IMG/VR virus record: IMGVR_UViG_2687453119_000006
Location: 32,001 to 96,000 of that record
DNA: 64,000 bases
DNA from: a virus
Lineage: Duplodnaviria > Caudoviricetes
Direction: 5' to 3' (one strand)
In this document: positions 10,308-19,759 of the stretch, piece by piece
Layout: every line of letters begins with the position of its first letter
Position numbering within the stretch: the first letter of the stretch is position 1
Notes under the pieces: generated by a model
Told to the model about the DNA's origin: nothing
Seen by the model: only the letters and a program-made list of their open reading frames with translations
The model's database searches: none
Position numbers and translations under genes: made by a program

Positions 10308-10480
10308 TGTTTCTGCTCCTCGACCCAGGCTGTCTGTGCCTTGAGCGGAACTGCATTCCACTCGACGTCATTGCAGTTGCGATCCGCCCATTCGACCGCC
10401 TCGGCGCCGGTCTTGAACGGGCCGACGATGTCGATCCCGTCGAACGGGCTGCCGATCGCGACGACATGCATTCCAGTCAT
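10304..10480 (-). CDS. Hypothetical protein
   Basis: Short ORF, GGGAG RBS. Confidence 0.55.
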   Translation of the reverse strand: MTGMHVVAIGSPFDGIDIVGPFKTGAEAVEWADRNCNDVEWNAVPLKAQTAWVEEQKQ

Positions 10481-10485
10481 TGTTG

Positions 10486-10803
10486 CTACTCCCATGTTGG
10501 GCACCCGTTCTCGTCGACAGCGTCATCGCTGTTGCGCTCAGGCATGTGGTCGATGCTGCCTGGCCGACCGAGATCGAGGGGAGGATGAACATGCTCGACC
10601 GCTTCCTCGCGTCGCACTTCGGCGTCACGGATCTTGAGGATCGCCTGGTCGAGCTGGTCGCGAAGGTTGCGAGCCTGGGTAGGATCGAGCACCTCGCGGC
10701 AGCGCGTCCCGCCTTTCGGTCCCGTCAGGTAGATGACGACGCAGTCGTTCTCGCCATTGTCGTAGGCGGGACCGCTGGAAAATCCGCTGATGAACTCACG
10801 CAT
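10486..10803 (-). CDS. Hypothetical protein
   Basis: 105-aa ORF in the operon. Confidence 0.6.
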   Translation of the reverse strand: MREFISGFSSGPAYDNGENDCVVIYLTGPKGGTRCREVLDPTQARNLRDQLDQAILKIRDAEVRREEAVEHVHPPLDLGRPGSIDHMPERNSDDAVDENGCPTWE

Positions 10804-11047
10804 TGGCTTTCTCCCGGCAGGCCTTGTAGGCCTCGGCGAAGTGATCGTTCCAGTTGCTGTGCGAGAGCGACTCGAACTTGTTGACGAAGAGGCGCACGGC
10901 CGGATCGGCCCATGTCGCCTCGGTGGATTGAGTTTCCTCGGCCGCCTGGTCGACGACCTTGACGAACTCGCGGGCCAAAGCGCGCAGGTTCACCGCGTCC
11001 TGCACATCGAGCGCAACCTTGTGGCGGTTGTATTCAGCAGCCGACAT
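10796..11047 (-). CDS. Hypothetical protein
   Basis: GAGGAGG RBS before ATG 11047. Confidence 0.6.
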   Translation of the reverse strand: MSAAEYNRHKVALDVQDAVNLRALAREFVKVVDQAAEETQSTEATWADPAVRLFVNKFESLSHSNWNDHFAEAYKACREKANA

Positions 11048-11324
11048 CGCCGTCGTCCTCCTCGTCGTCGCCTTCCTCGTCACCTTCCTCGCTGTCGTCA
11101 GCGGGCGTGAGCTGGTCGAACGTCCACTCGGCGCCGTTCTCGTCGAGGAAGATCATCTTGCCGTCCTGCGTGGCGGTGACCTGATCGTCGTAGAAGATCT
11201 CGGTGCCGCCCTGATAGACAGGCTCGCCGTTGTCCTCGATGCCGGTGATCTCGGCGCGGCCGGTTAATCGCTCCAGCGTGCCCAGAATGGGCGAGCCGGT
11301 CGGTGAAACGTATTCCCTTGCCAT
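11034..11324 (-). CDS. Hypothetical protein with acidic tail
   Basis: 96-aa ORF, TAATG coupling. Confidence 0.65.
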   Translation of the reverse strand: MAREYVSPTGSPILGTLERLTGRAEITGIEDNGEPVYQGGTEIFYDDQVTATQDGKMIFLDENGAEWTFDQLTPADDSEEGDEEGDDEEDDGDVGC

Positions 11325-11914
11325 TATGGCCTCTCAGGTTTGGTGATTTCGGTGTCGCGGGTGAGGTCGATCACGAACCGCTGTCCGTAGATCGCCTTAT
11401 CCACGAGAAACCATTTCTCGGTGTGATCGCTGGCGCGCTTGGCAACGACGCCGACCTTGCCTTCCGGCACCCAGTGAGCCCAATCGCCCCACGCCGCGGT
11501 GACCACGTAGTTGCCCCGGTTATCGCGATCGAAAATCTGCTGGTCGCGGACGATGGACTGGCCTGGTTCGATCCGGATGCCGCAGAACGTCTCGAACCAA
11601 TCCGGAAACCAGTTGCGGAGCGTCTCGTGGGCGATCTCCATCTCCGTGCGGTCAGGCTTACCCTCGATCTTGATCGTTCGGGTGAAGCCGATCGGATGGA
11701 CGACAGCAGCGATCGACCACTGACAGTCCTCCTCATACCAGCCGCCTTCGGCTCGCATGTAAGCCGGCACCGCGGCGTTGCGCTCGCGAGACAGCTTGAC
11801 GCCGCCGTGGCCGGCAGTTGAAACCGACCAGATGCCAGGCGCCAGCTCTCGCTTGTCCTGGATGGCGCCCCAAGGTGATGACTTGGGGCAAGGGCACGAC
11901 TTGTACGCGCTCAT
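11324..11914 (-). CDS. DUF7007-like hypothetical protein
   Basis: SPWG..GIWSVSTAGHGG..GGWYEEDC motif; GGAGG RBS. Confidence 0.65.
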   Translation of the reverse strand: MSAYKSCPCPKSSPWGAIQDKRELAPGIWSVSTAGHGGVKLSRERNAAVPAYMRAEGGWYEEDCQWSIAAVVHPIGFTRTIKIEGKPDRTEMEIAHETLRNWFPDWFETFCGIRIEPGQSIVRDQQIFDRDNRGNYVVTAAWGDWAHWVPEGKVGVVAKRASDHTEKWFLVDKAIYGQRFVIDLTRDTEITKPERP

Positions 11915-12189
11915 GCGGACCTCCGATAAGGCTGGTCCAGCCGTATCCCCAGTGGGAACGTGTGGCCGGTGGTGTAACAGTGCTTCTCCCGCTTCCCGAC
12001 GTGACCTTCGCCGGGAAACAGCGTGTTGTCGTACCACTCGCGGTCCGTGCGGAATTGCGGGGCGTAGAACCAGGTCTCGGTCCCGCCTTGATCGCATGGC
12101 CTCAACCGAGACCATGCCGGTACGTGCTCCATCGTGAACCGATGGATGTAGCGGGCCTTCGCCTGCTCGAAGCTGATGACGCGGGCCAT
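11911..12189 (-). CDS. Hypothetical protein
   Basis: ORF with ATGA overlap. Confidence 0.6.
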   Translation of the reverse strand: MARVISFEQAKARYIHRFTMEHVPAWSRLRPCDQGGTETWFYAPQFRTDREWYDNTLFPGEGHVGKREKHCYTTGHTFPLGIRLDQPYRRSA

Positions 12190-12191
12190 GG

Positions 12192-12806
12192 TCACTTCCA
12201 CGGCCCGAAGTCGATCAGCTCCAGTTCCTCGCCGAGCGCCTTGACGAACTCGGCCGGCTTCTCCTTCGCCTCGAAGGCGCGCTGTACCGAGTCGGGGTGA
12301 TCGCTGATCAGGTCGGCGTACTTCCACTGCTTCTCGGCCTCATCCCGGCAGTCCTGGAAAAACACGTCCCGCTCGTGGGTCGATGGCGGCAGCTCGCTCT
12401 TGAAGGCCTCGCAGGTCGCCCGGCCTTCGCGCCATTTCTTGATCAGTTCCTCGGTGTCGTCCGAAACGAACGAGAGATCCTCATCGTTCGGGTCGAAGTC
12501 CACGCAGTACAGCAGGAACTCCGGCACGAACTCCCAGTCCCAGGTGATAGCGCCGTCGCGCTCATCCTCGGTCATGCCGCGCCAGCACTCCTCGATCTTC
12601 GGAGCGATCTGCCAGGACTGGTCGCGGATCGTGGCTGAGCCGAAGTTGTCGCACCATGCGGGCATGGTCAGCTCACGCTGCTTGAGCGGATGATCGTCCG
12701 GCAGCGTGACGTTGGCATGCAGGCGGGTATCCTCCAGCACCTGATAGACCACCATCGCGGTCTCGATGATGAGGTAGTTGGTCTTGATGATCGGGGTCTT
12801 TTTCAT
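12192..12806 (-). CDS. Hypothetical protein
   Basis: 204-aa ORF, high GC3. Confidence 0.7.
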   Translation of the reverse strand: MKKTPIIKTNYLIIETAMVVYQVLEDTRLHANVTLPDDHPLKQRELTMPAWCDNFGSATIRDQSWQIAPKIEECWRGMTEDERDGAITWDWEFVPEFLLYCVDFDPNDEDLSFVSDDTEELIKKWREGRATCEAFKSELPPSTHERDVFFQDCRDEAEKQWKYADLISDHPDSVQRAFEAKEKPAEFVKALGEELELIDFGPWK

Positions 12807-13063
12807 CGGCGTGCATTCCATTGTTCGCTGGCGACGTATTGGTCGTAGAAGGGCTTGAGGGAGGGGGCGATGCTGAGCTTCACCGTCTTGGTGGAGCCGC
12901 AGCACCAGCTGTCGTTCGGGTAGCAGGCGATGCACGCCAGCTTGCCGGTGTCGTTGCCGCGCTTGTCGAGGACTCCGTCCAGAAGGTGGATGTCCTCGGC
13001 GATGCCGCAGTAGGAGCAGGTGCAGCGATCAGCCGGATCGTGCTTCTCAAGATAGCCGGCCAT
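12803..13063 (-). CDS. Cys-rich putative zinc-finger protein
   Basis: CTCSYC and CIAC motifs. Confidence 0.6.
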   Translation of the reverse strand: MAGYLEKHDPADRCTCSYCGIAEDIHLLDGVLDKRGNDTGKLACIACYPNDSWCCGSTKTVKLSIAPSLKPFYDQYVASEQWNARR

Positions 13064-13268
13064 CGATCTTGTCCTTGATCTCCTTGGCGACGCCGACCCA
13101 GGCCTCGCCACTGATCATCGGGGAGTCGACGGCCTGCGGCTCGACGCTCGAGATTTTGTCCGCCCACTTGCTCAGCGCGTCGATTACGAAGAGCTGGGTG
13201 AGGGCGCCGTACCGGCTGTGCGTCATCAAGTCCTTGACGAACGCGACGTTGTCTTTGCGATGTGCCAT
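13047..13268 (-). CDS. Hypothetical protein
   Basis: AAGGAG RBS before ATG 13268. Confidence 0.65.
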   Translation of the reverse strand: MAHRKDNVAFVKDLMTHSRYGALTQLFVIDALSKWADKISSVEPQAVDSPMISGEAWVGVAKEIKDKIDGRLS

Positions 13269-13441
13269 TGTCGGCTCCTTAGTCCTGCGGGAAGAAGAGG
13301 ACTGTCGCTTCGAGCTGCGAGCAGAGGGTGTGGTGGCCGACGAAATGTCCGCACTGCCACCACACCCACGGAAGGGTGAAGGGAAGATGCGGGCATGCAT
13401 CGTTCCCCTCGATGCCGGCGAGGTAACCGGCGTCGTAAAAC

Positions 13442-13834
13442 TCATACGGGTTCATCGAGAGCCTCGATCGGCGTCGCGCGCTTGATCGCCTCGGCGATGA
13501 TTTGGTTGGCTCGCTCGTAGCCGTCCGACCTGTCGTTCATCACGACGTAGTCCGGCTCGTCGAACAGGGTGTCGGATGCCTTGGACAGATAATCGGCTGT
13601 GGTGATGTAGGCGTCCGTCTGGTCGCTCTTGGTCTGCATCAGCAGCGCGCCGTCCAGACAGCAGCGGCTGATCCGGGTGTATTCGTCGAACCAGAGGCCC
13701 GTGAAGTTCTTGACCTGAAGCACGCCGCTCTCGTCGAGAACCTGAAAGTGGTTGTGGCGGCACCAGCGCGCTGGGTCGCTCAGTTGCTTCTGCATGCCTT
13801 CGAGGATGCAGCGGATCGTGCTTCTGTCAGTCAT
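13442..13834 (-). CDS. Hypothetical phage protein
   Basis: 130-aa ORF with RCCLDGAL and VMND motifs. Confidence 0.6.
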   Translation of the reverse strand: MTDRSTIRCILEGMQKQLSDPARWCRHNHFQVLDESGVLQVKNFTGLWFDEYTRISRCCLDGALLMQTKSDQTDAYITTADYLSKASDTLFDEPDYVVMNDRSDGYERANQIIAEAIKRATPIEALDEPV

Positions 13835-13836
13835 TT

Positions 13837-14088
13837 TCAAGTCTCCGGACGTTGCTCGGTCAGCTCGTCGTCGCTGATCCAGATGAAGCGATAGGTCGCG
13901 TCGTGATCGAACAGCGCCTTCGTATTGCTCAGCAGCTCGACGTTGCGTGGATGCACCGCGTAGCTCGCGCCCCATCCGGTGCGCTGCCGCTCGGCCGCGG
14001 TGCCGCGCTTGATGGCCAGGGTGTGGATGTCCTGATAGGTGATGACGAGGTCACGGCTGACGTACTTCCACTGCGGAGGTGTCGGCAT
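13837..14088 (-). CDS. Hypothetical protein
   Basis: ORF in the operon, GGAG RBS. Confidence 0.55.
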   Translation of the reverse strand: MPTPPQWKYVSRDLVITYQDIHTLAIKRGTAAERQRTGWGASYAVHPRNVELLSNTKALFDHDATYRFIWISDDELTEQRPET

Positions 14089-14090
14089 GA

Positions 14091-14339
14091 TCAGAACTCC
14101 GTAATGTGCCGCTCGTAGTAGGCCTTGGTGGCCTCGGCAGCGTCGCAGATGGAGCGGGACGGGAAGCGGAGCGGGCCCTTGATCTGCTTGCGGTAGAGGG
14201 GGACCACGTTCAGATCGAAGTGCTGGTCCCACGCGACGATCGGATCGTGGTTGCGAGCCATCGCGAGGTGCTGCTGGTAGAACGGGCCGGTGTTGATCGC
14301 GAAGAGATGCAGGTCGTTGGCGCTGACGATGTGTGTCAT
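14091..14339 (-). CDS. Hypothetical protein
   Basis: ORF in the operon. Confidence 0.6.
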   Translation of the reverse strand: MTHIVSANDLHLFAINTGPFYQQHLAMARNHDPIVAWDQHFDLNVVPLYRKQIKGPLRFPSRSICDAAEATKAYYERHITEF

Positions 14340-14504
14340 CAGATCACCCCGAACACGAAGTGCAGGAGGATCCAGACGGGCAGGGCGAGGATCAGGCAGG
14401 CCCATGCGATGTTGATCGCCACCGCGAACAGCATCAGGCCGATGCCGACCAGAGTGCCTGCGATCATTCCGAGCGTTTTCATTTGCGTTTGCCTTCAAGC
14501 AAGG

Positions 14505-15105
14505 CCCAAGGCGCACCTCGGGCGTGAAATGGGTTGGTGGGCTGGACGTGCTTCACGGGCAGACGAACCGCCTCCACCGTTTCCAGCTCTCGCTACCACC
14601 ATCGCGACCACATCCGTGGTCCGGGCCTGAGTTTTGCCGAGAGCGCTCGGCTTCCCTTCATAGGGACGGCATCCCTACTAGCCCGGCGCGACCCAGGCTC
14701 GTCTCGCACATCCCCTCACAGCGTCCGCATGTGCGGCGTCCCGTGTGACGCAAGGCAGGCGCTACACTGTGAGGGGACGAAAGGCCCCAGCAGATGGTTT
14801 GTGGGCTGCTGGCCCCACTCTGCGTCCGGTCGCTCGCGGTTCACCGGGTAGTCGAATTGTTGCCGGGAAGCGCCGGCTCGCCACTGCGTTTGGGTCGCAG
14901 CAACCAAATACGCTGCCGATTTCTCCGGCTCGCGAACTTCATCATCATGTCCATGGTGGCCATCATCGCCAGGCGCGGACCGGCACCTATGTGGCTAGGC
15001 CGTTTGAAAGTGAGCGACAGCTAGAAAGATCGCTGCCCTCGGTGGTCCTGCCGTGTTTGCCCCTTGCCTCTGGATGACTGCGGCTTGTGACTCGCATCCG
15101 GGGCT
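14505..15105 (-). ncRNA. Candidate large structured non-coding RNA (~600 nt)
   Basis: Only long gap without a convincing ORF in the packed operon; many helices, e.g. TCCCCTCACAG/CTGTGAGGGGA and CCAGCAG/CTGCTGG; strand inferred from the flanking genes. Confidence 0.45.
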
Positions 15106-15108
15106 CCA

Positions 15109-15282
15109 TCACGCCGCCTTCTTAGGTGCGGGTGAAAGCTCTTCCTCGAAACGCAGCCACCTCACGCGGTCGGCGTCTCGAATGATGTATTGGCCTTGGC
15201 TGTGGCCGATGACCTGCCCGACGAACTTCGGCGCATTGCCGACCCGGGCCGATTGGACCCATTCGCCCTTCGCGTACTTCAT
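15109..15282 (-). CDS. Hypothetical protein (57 aa, not in the ORF track)
   Basis: Hand translation MKYAKGEWVQSARVGNAPKFVGQVIG..., ATGA-coupled to the upstream ORF. Confidence 0.55.
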   Translation of the reverse strand: MKYAKGEWVQSARVGNAPKFVGQVIGHSQGQYIIRDADRVRWLRFEEELSPAPKKAA

Positions 15283-15506
15283 GCGGCCTCGCTCGGCAGC
15301 TTGAAGTGCTCGTAGAGCCAGGTCGGGCCGAACTCGTTGCGGATGGCGTGCAGCGCCGGGTGCTCCTTGCCGGACCGGTCACGCCAGATGCGGGCGTTGT
15401 ACCAGTAGGTCATGGAGAGGGTGTCGCGCCACTTCTTGCCATGCGCCGCGGCGAAGGCCGTGATGGACTCCATTTCATCGGCGAGGAGCCGTCGATACTG
15501 GCTCAT
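15279..15506 (-). CDS. Hypothetical protein
   Basis: 75-aa ORF, ATGA overlaps on both sides. Confidence 0.65.
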   Translation of the reverse strand: MSQYRRLLADEMESITAFAAAHGKKWRDTLSMTYWYNARIWRDRSGKEHPALHAIRNEFGPTWLYEHFKLPSEAA

Positions 15507-15901
15507 GATGCTTGCCCCTCCTCGGCCGCAGCGGGCTGGTCGTCGAGACCTCGCAGCTGGGCGATCAACTCGCGGGTTAGGCGGGCTTCATCGGGGTGGC
15601 CAAGCTCCTCGTCGCTATCCTCCATCGCGATCAAGGCAGCGATGATGCGGTGGAGGCCGCCACGGAAGATCACGTCCCGATCGGCAGCGGTGACAATCGT
15701 CGGGCGCACGTATCCCGTGCCCTCGACGTAGTCGTACTTCTTCTCGATGATCTCATGGACCACCATCTCCGGCTGGTAGATGTTGGAGGTGATGACCGCA
15801 GCGCGGATCAGATCGGTCCAGTCGCTAGGCTTGTCGCCCCAGCCCTTGACCATGTCCAGATCGACCGAGAACGTCATGGTGATGGCGCAGCGCTTCTTCA
15901 T
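15503..15901 (-). CDS. Hypothetical protein
   Basis: 132-aa ORF with RBS. Confidence 0.65.
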   Translation of the reverse strand: MKKRCAITMTFSVDLDMVKGWGDKPSDWTDLIRAAVITSNIYQPEMVVHEIIEKKYDYVEGTGYVRPTIVTAADRDVIFRGGLHRIIAALIAMEDSDEELGHPDEARLTRELIAQLRGLDDQPAAAEEGQAS

Positions 15902-15902
15902 G

Positions 15903-16154
15903 TCAGGCTCTCCCGGGTTTAGCCCAGACGCCGGCCGCCACCTCGTACATGCGAGGGGTGCAGTAGCCGACGAACTTGGCGCCGCAGTCGAGCGCGAAGG
16001 CAGCGTCGCGGCGGTCGGTGGTGACGTAGGCGCGGCCGGCTTCGTCCTCGAAGGTGAAGGTCGGCAGGCCTTGGCGGAGGTAGTGGTCGGCCGCCTTGAG
16101 CGCGCGGACGCGGCTCTCGATGATGACGGGATCGGTGTGTGGCATCAGGTCCAT
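15903..16154 (-). CDS. Hypothetical protein
   Basis: GAGGA RBS; first gene after a TTTGC motif. Confidence 0.6.
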   Translation of the reverse strand: MDLMPHTDPVIIESRVRALKAADHYLRQGLPTFTFEDEAGRAYVTTDRRDAAFALDCGAKFVGYCTPRMYEVAAGVWAKPGRA

Positions 16155-16262
16155 GGCTTCCTCGTGGTCGCTATTTGCACGAAGGCGAACGCAAATGCAA
16201 GTGCAAATGCGCCCTAATTCGAGCAAATTTCTATGAGAGAAAAGAGAGTGCGGGAGGCCCGA

Positions 16263-16538
16263 TCAGGGCCTCGCGGGGGTCTCCAGACCACCCGGGATAA
16301 TTCGCAATTTCGGCCCCCGAAAATGTCCAAAGGCGGAATTATTCGCCACGAGGATTGAATTTTCGAAGGCCGCCTCCAGCTCCTCGACCGTGTTCCTGAT
16401 CACGGAGACGGGGATGCCACGAGAGCCCAGGACGCAGGCCGCCTCGGCCAGCAGAGCGCTCTGACTGGGGGTAATGCCGGACCGGAGAGAGTAGGTCTGG
16501 TAGGCACGCAACAGACGATCGCGCATCGGTTCCTCCAT
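16263..16538 (-). CDS. Hypothetical protein
   Basis: 91-aa ORF. Confidence 0.5.
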   Translation of the reverse strand: MEEPMRDRLLRAYQTYSLRSGITPSQSALLAEAACVLGSRGIPVSVIRNTVEELEAAFENSILVANNSAFGHFRGPKLRIIPGGLETPARP

Positions 16539-17010
16539 GCGTCGAGCAAGCCGGACCAGCCGGCGGTGATTTCAGGAAACCCCTTCAGATCCAGCGTATC
16601 GTGGGCCGTCCGCCAATCGCGGGCCGCCCGACCATCAGCACCTCAGGCTTAAGCAGCCATAGGAGGAGCAAGGGACATGAGAGATGCCAGTAGAGGGTTC
16701 AGGGATGGGGATGAGTCAGGCACGATTGCAGTGGTCGTGACCGGCAGCATCGCCAGTTTGAGGCTCATACGAAGCACAAACAGCCAGCGATTAGCCAACC
16801 TGAGACGGACCAGCCAATTTTTCGCCGCGCCGCCTCTTGCGCATCCCATAAAAGGAAATTGCATTTTCGCGTCCTTCAGGGCACGGATTTGCATCTGTGA
16901 GCACAAGATCTAGTGCCGGACAGGTGCAAATCGGTACTCAGATATGCAAATCACCGGGCTGGTATCGCCCGATGATCTACATCTTGTGCATTCATGCAAA
17001 CGACAGGGCG

Positions 17011-17202
17011 TCAGCGCATGGGTGCGAGGCGCTCGATCCAGTCGTCGACGTAGCGATGGGCCTGCACACCGCGCTCGTCCTTGAGGACAGCTTCGCGGAA
17101 CTGGCGCTTGATCGTGCCGGACTGGTCGAAGAGCTGCGGCCGGGTGTCGAGCAGCTGCTTGAGGCGGGTGTGTGCGCGCCGGATGCCGAACTGCTTAGCC
17201 AT
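17011..17202 (-). CDS. Hypothetical protein
   Basis: GGGAGG RBS, 63 aa. Confidence 0.6.
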   Translation of the reverse strand: MAKQFGIRRAHTRLKQLLDTRPQLFDQSGTIKRQFREAVLKDERGVQAHRYVDDWIERLAPMR

Positions 17203-17295
17203 GGAGGCCTCCCATCATGATGCCGGCGAAGGCGAACAGCATGAGGATGATGCAGCCGGTGGAGAACTCCACCTTGGCGTTGAGGATCTTGCTGA

Positions 17296-17775
17296 TCATG
17301 TGCGTGCCTTCGTGGTCAGGCCGAAGCCGCCGATGGTGATGCGCTTCGAGAACGGGTTGATCTGGATGACACCCCGGGCCCGGCCGGATGCGTCCTCGAC
17401 GGTGATGGTGCGGTTCTGCCGGTAGTCGGGCAGCTCGCAGTCCTTGCCGGTCGCGTACGGGTCACGCGGACGCCGCTTACGGGGCTTCTCGAACGCGATA
17501 CGCGCACGCGGTGCCGGATCGTGGATGGACTTCGGCTCGGCGCGACGCGACACCGGGACGAGGCCAGGCGTGACCGCCTTGCAGTCGGGCAGGTCGAAGG
17601 TCTCGTACTCCGTGATGAAGTCGCTGAACCGCGCGTAGCTCTCCGCATCCTCGTCGACGTGTGCGACGGGGGCAGGGGCTTGGGTGTGCTTCCGCTTGAC
17701 GCGCTGGGCCTTGGCCAGCTCGACGGTGCGGAGGATGGCTGCGATGTTGCGGGACATGGCGCGGTACCTCATCAC
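17296..17775 (-). CDS. Basic hypothetical protein
   Basis: 159-aa ORF, GTGA overlap. Confidence 0.65.
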   Translation of the reverse strand: MMRYRAMSRNIAAILRTVELAKAQRVKRKHTQAPAPVAHVDEDAESYARFSDFITEYETFDLPDCKAVTPGLVPVSRRAEPKSIHDPAPRARIAFEKPRKRRPRDPYATGKDCELPDYRQNRTITVEDASGRARGVIQINPFSKRITIGGFGLTTKART

Positions 17776-17990
17776 ACGAGTTCAAGGGAGAGGTTGCGGG
17801 CGATGACTTGGCCCCAGTCGCCGAGCCGGCCGTATTCCTCGGTGAGGTAGCCGTGCATCTCGTCGCTATCCATGAACGAAAGCTCGTCCCGGAGGCTCAG
17901 GATGAGGTCGTCGGGGACGCTGCGAGGGATGGCGTGGGTACGCCGCAGATTGTCGGCGACGTTGCGCCGCACGGATGCTGTGCGAAACAT
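17772..17990 (-). CDS. Hypothetical protein
   Basis: GGAG RBS before ATG 17990. Confidence 0.55.
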   Translation of the reverse strand: MFRTASVRRNVADNLRRTHAIPRSVPDDLILSLRDELSFMDSDEMHGYLTEEYGRLGDWGQVIARNLSLELV

Positions 17991-18131
17991 TGGGTAGGCT
18001 CCGGACTGGATAGGGGGTGGGGGTCGAGTGACCCGGCGTGGAAAATTGCCAAAATGAAATGGGACGTGTGCATTTCTGTCCGTCCGGAAGGCTCCGGACC
18101 CCCGGAGAAAATCCGGGTGCAAGGCAGCACC

Positions 18132-18159
18132 AAAACCCCACCCGATCGCTCGGGTGAGG
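18132..18159 (-). terminator. Intrinsic terminator after the 18195-18962 gene
   Basis: Minus strand CCTCACCCGA-GCGA-TCGGGTGGGG-TTTT. Confidence 0.55.
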
Positions 18160-18194
18160 CTAGGTCTACTCCGCGGGTTTTGTGGGGGCGGCGC

Positions 18195-18962
18195 TTAGGC
18201 CGCGATCAGTTCCGGCGTTGCGTCCGCGATCGCTTCCGCGTCGTCGCTGGCGAAAGCCTCCGTAACAGCGGCCTCCGTTGCGACCCGTTCGAGGTAGAGC
18301 GCCTGAATACGCTCCGCCAGAATGGCCAAGTCAGTCATGGTCATGTCGCCAGCGCGCTTAAGCATGGCGTCAATCGGGTTGACTTCCTGCTTTTGCTTTG
18401 GCGTCGGCGCCAAGGCGGACTCCAGCGCGGCATAGGTCGTGCCGTAGGTTTCCGCGACGAACGAATGGAAATGTTCCATCTGCCCGTTAGCGTCGGCGCC
18501 GGCCTCTTTCAGCGCGCGAAGGTTTCGCAGCGTGTCCGCGTGATTGGTGACGACGTCCGCCATCAAGCGCATGGATTGCGTCTTGAGCCGGGCGAGACCA
18601 TCGATAAGGCGCGACCCCTTGACCTTCTTATCGATATACTCCGCCGCCGCCTTGCGCCGCGTTTCCGGCTTCATTGCCGCGAAGGCGTCGACAATGTGCG
18701 CGGTATCGCGCCAAACCGGGTTGCCCTTGAAAGCGAACTCTTTCAGGAAGGCGCGGAACGTGGCCTTATTGGCCTTAATGGAAGCGTCCGACTCGAGCGT
18801 TTCGCCCGTTTCCATCCGTTCCAGCTGCTTAGCAGCCAGCACAAGGCCAAGGGCCACGGTTGCGTCATAGCAGGCGGAGTCGACGTTCCCGACGCTCTTA
18901 ACAGCGGCGTTAAGGGCAATCTGCCCCAGCGTCTTAGGGTTGTTTGCGGGCGAGTTGGTCAT
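18195..18962 (-). CDS. Ala-rich helical hypothetical protein, first gene of the leftward arm
   Basis: 255-aa ORF, AAAGGA RBS, own terminator. Confidence 0.7.
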   Translation of the reverse strand: MTNSPANNPKTLGQIALNAAVKSVGNVDSACYDATVALGLVLAAKQLERMETGETLESDASIKANKATFRAFLKEFAFKGNPVWRDTAHIVDAFAAMKPETRRKAAAEYIDKKVKGSRLIDGLARLKTQSMRLMADVVTNHADTLRNLRALKEAGADANGQMEHFHSFVAETYGTTYAALESALAPTPKQKQEVNPIDAMLKRAGDMTMTDLAILAERIQALYLERVATEAAVTEAFASDDAEAIADATPELIAA

Positions 18963-19759
18963 GGTCTCTAGTCCTTTGCGTTTGTCCGGAGGCCCGGAGG
19001 AAATTTGCCGTTTTGACAAACCTCCCCCGTTCCAAGAAACGTATGTTTCTCAGTCGGTTGCGCGTCTTGCGCGGGAGGCCCGGGCGCCGCGTTGCGTCCG
19101 TAGATCAACCATAGGACTCAACTCGATTTGATCCAATGGAAAAAATCGCACCATCTAACATATTGAAAACACAACGTTATTTCAGCTTTCCATTTCGAAC
19201 AATGCAAATGAAAACCAATGATTTGCGCAAGAATTCTACAGTGATATCAGAGACTTATCGGCATGGTTTGCACGATTCGAAATAGCCTTTGCAATTCGAC
19301 GTCTTGACACTGTCAAGATTGAGCACAAAGAAAGAACATTTCGGAATTTCATATTAGACTTTGGTCTAGTCTCAACAAAGAAAGAAAATTCCACGGAGGC
19401 CCGGTCAAGTAGAAGGATTTTTTTATTTGAGCATGCCCCTGTGTGGAGCGTCACCCCGAAACTTTCGACCGCTAAAAGGCCATTTTCCAAGTCCACGCAG
19501 CATCTTCGCCAATCCCCCTCCAGGAGCATCAGCCGAGCCCGTCCATGAGCCTGGCGGCCCCGGTCCGATACTCTGGACCCCGAGCTGGAGCCACTCTGGG
19601 CGGCCCCCGCAGCGCGTCGCCGCGGCGACCCCCATTGGCGTTTGCATTAGCGCAAACGTCCGAGCAAATCAAGAGGGGGATGGCCTGAAAAAAGACCCCC
19701 TCGATCGGGAGGTTCACCCGCGCGCCGCCACCCCTAAAAGGCCATTTGCGCCTTGGGCT

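Noticed and set aside
15066-15107. Resemblance to group II intron domain V on the minus strand
   Set aside because: It sits at the 5' end of the gap, pairs poorly, and there is no domain VI or RT gene
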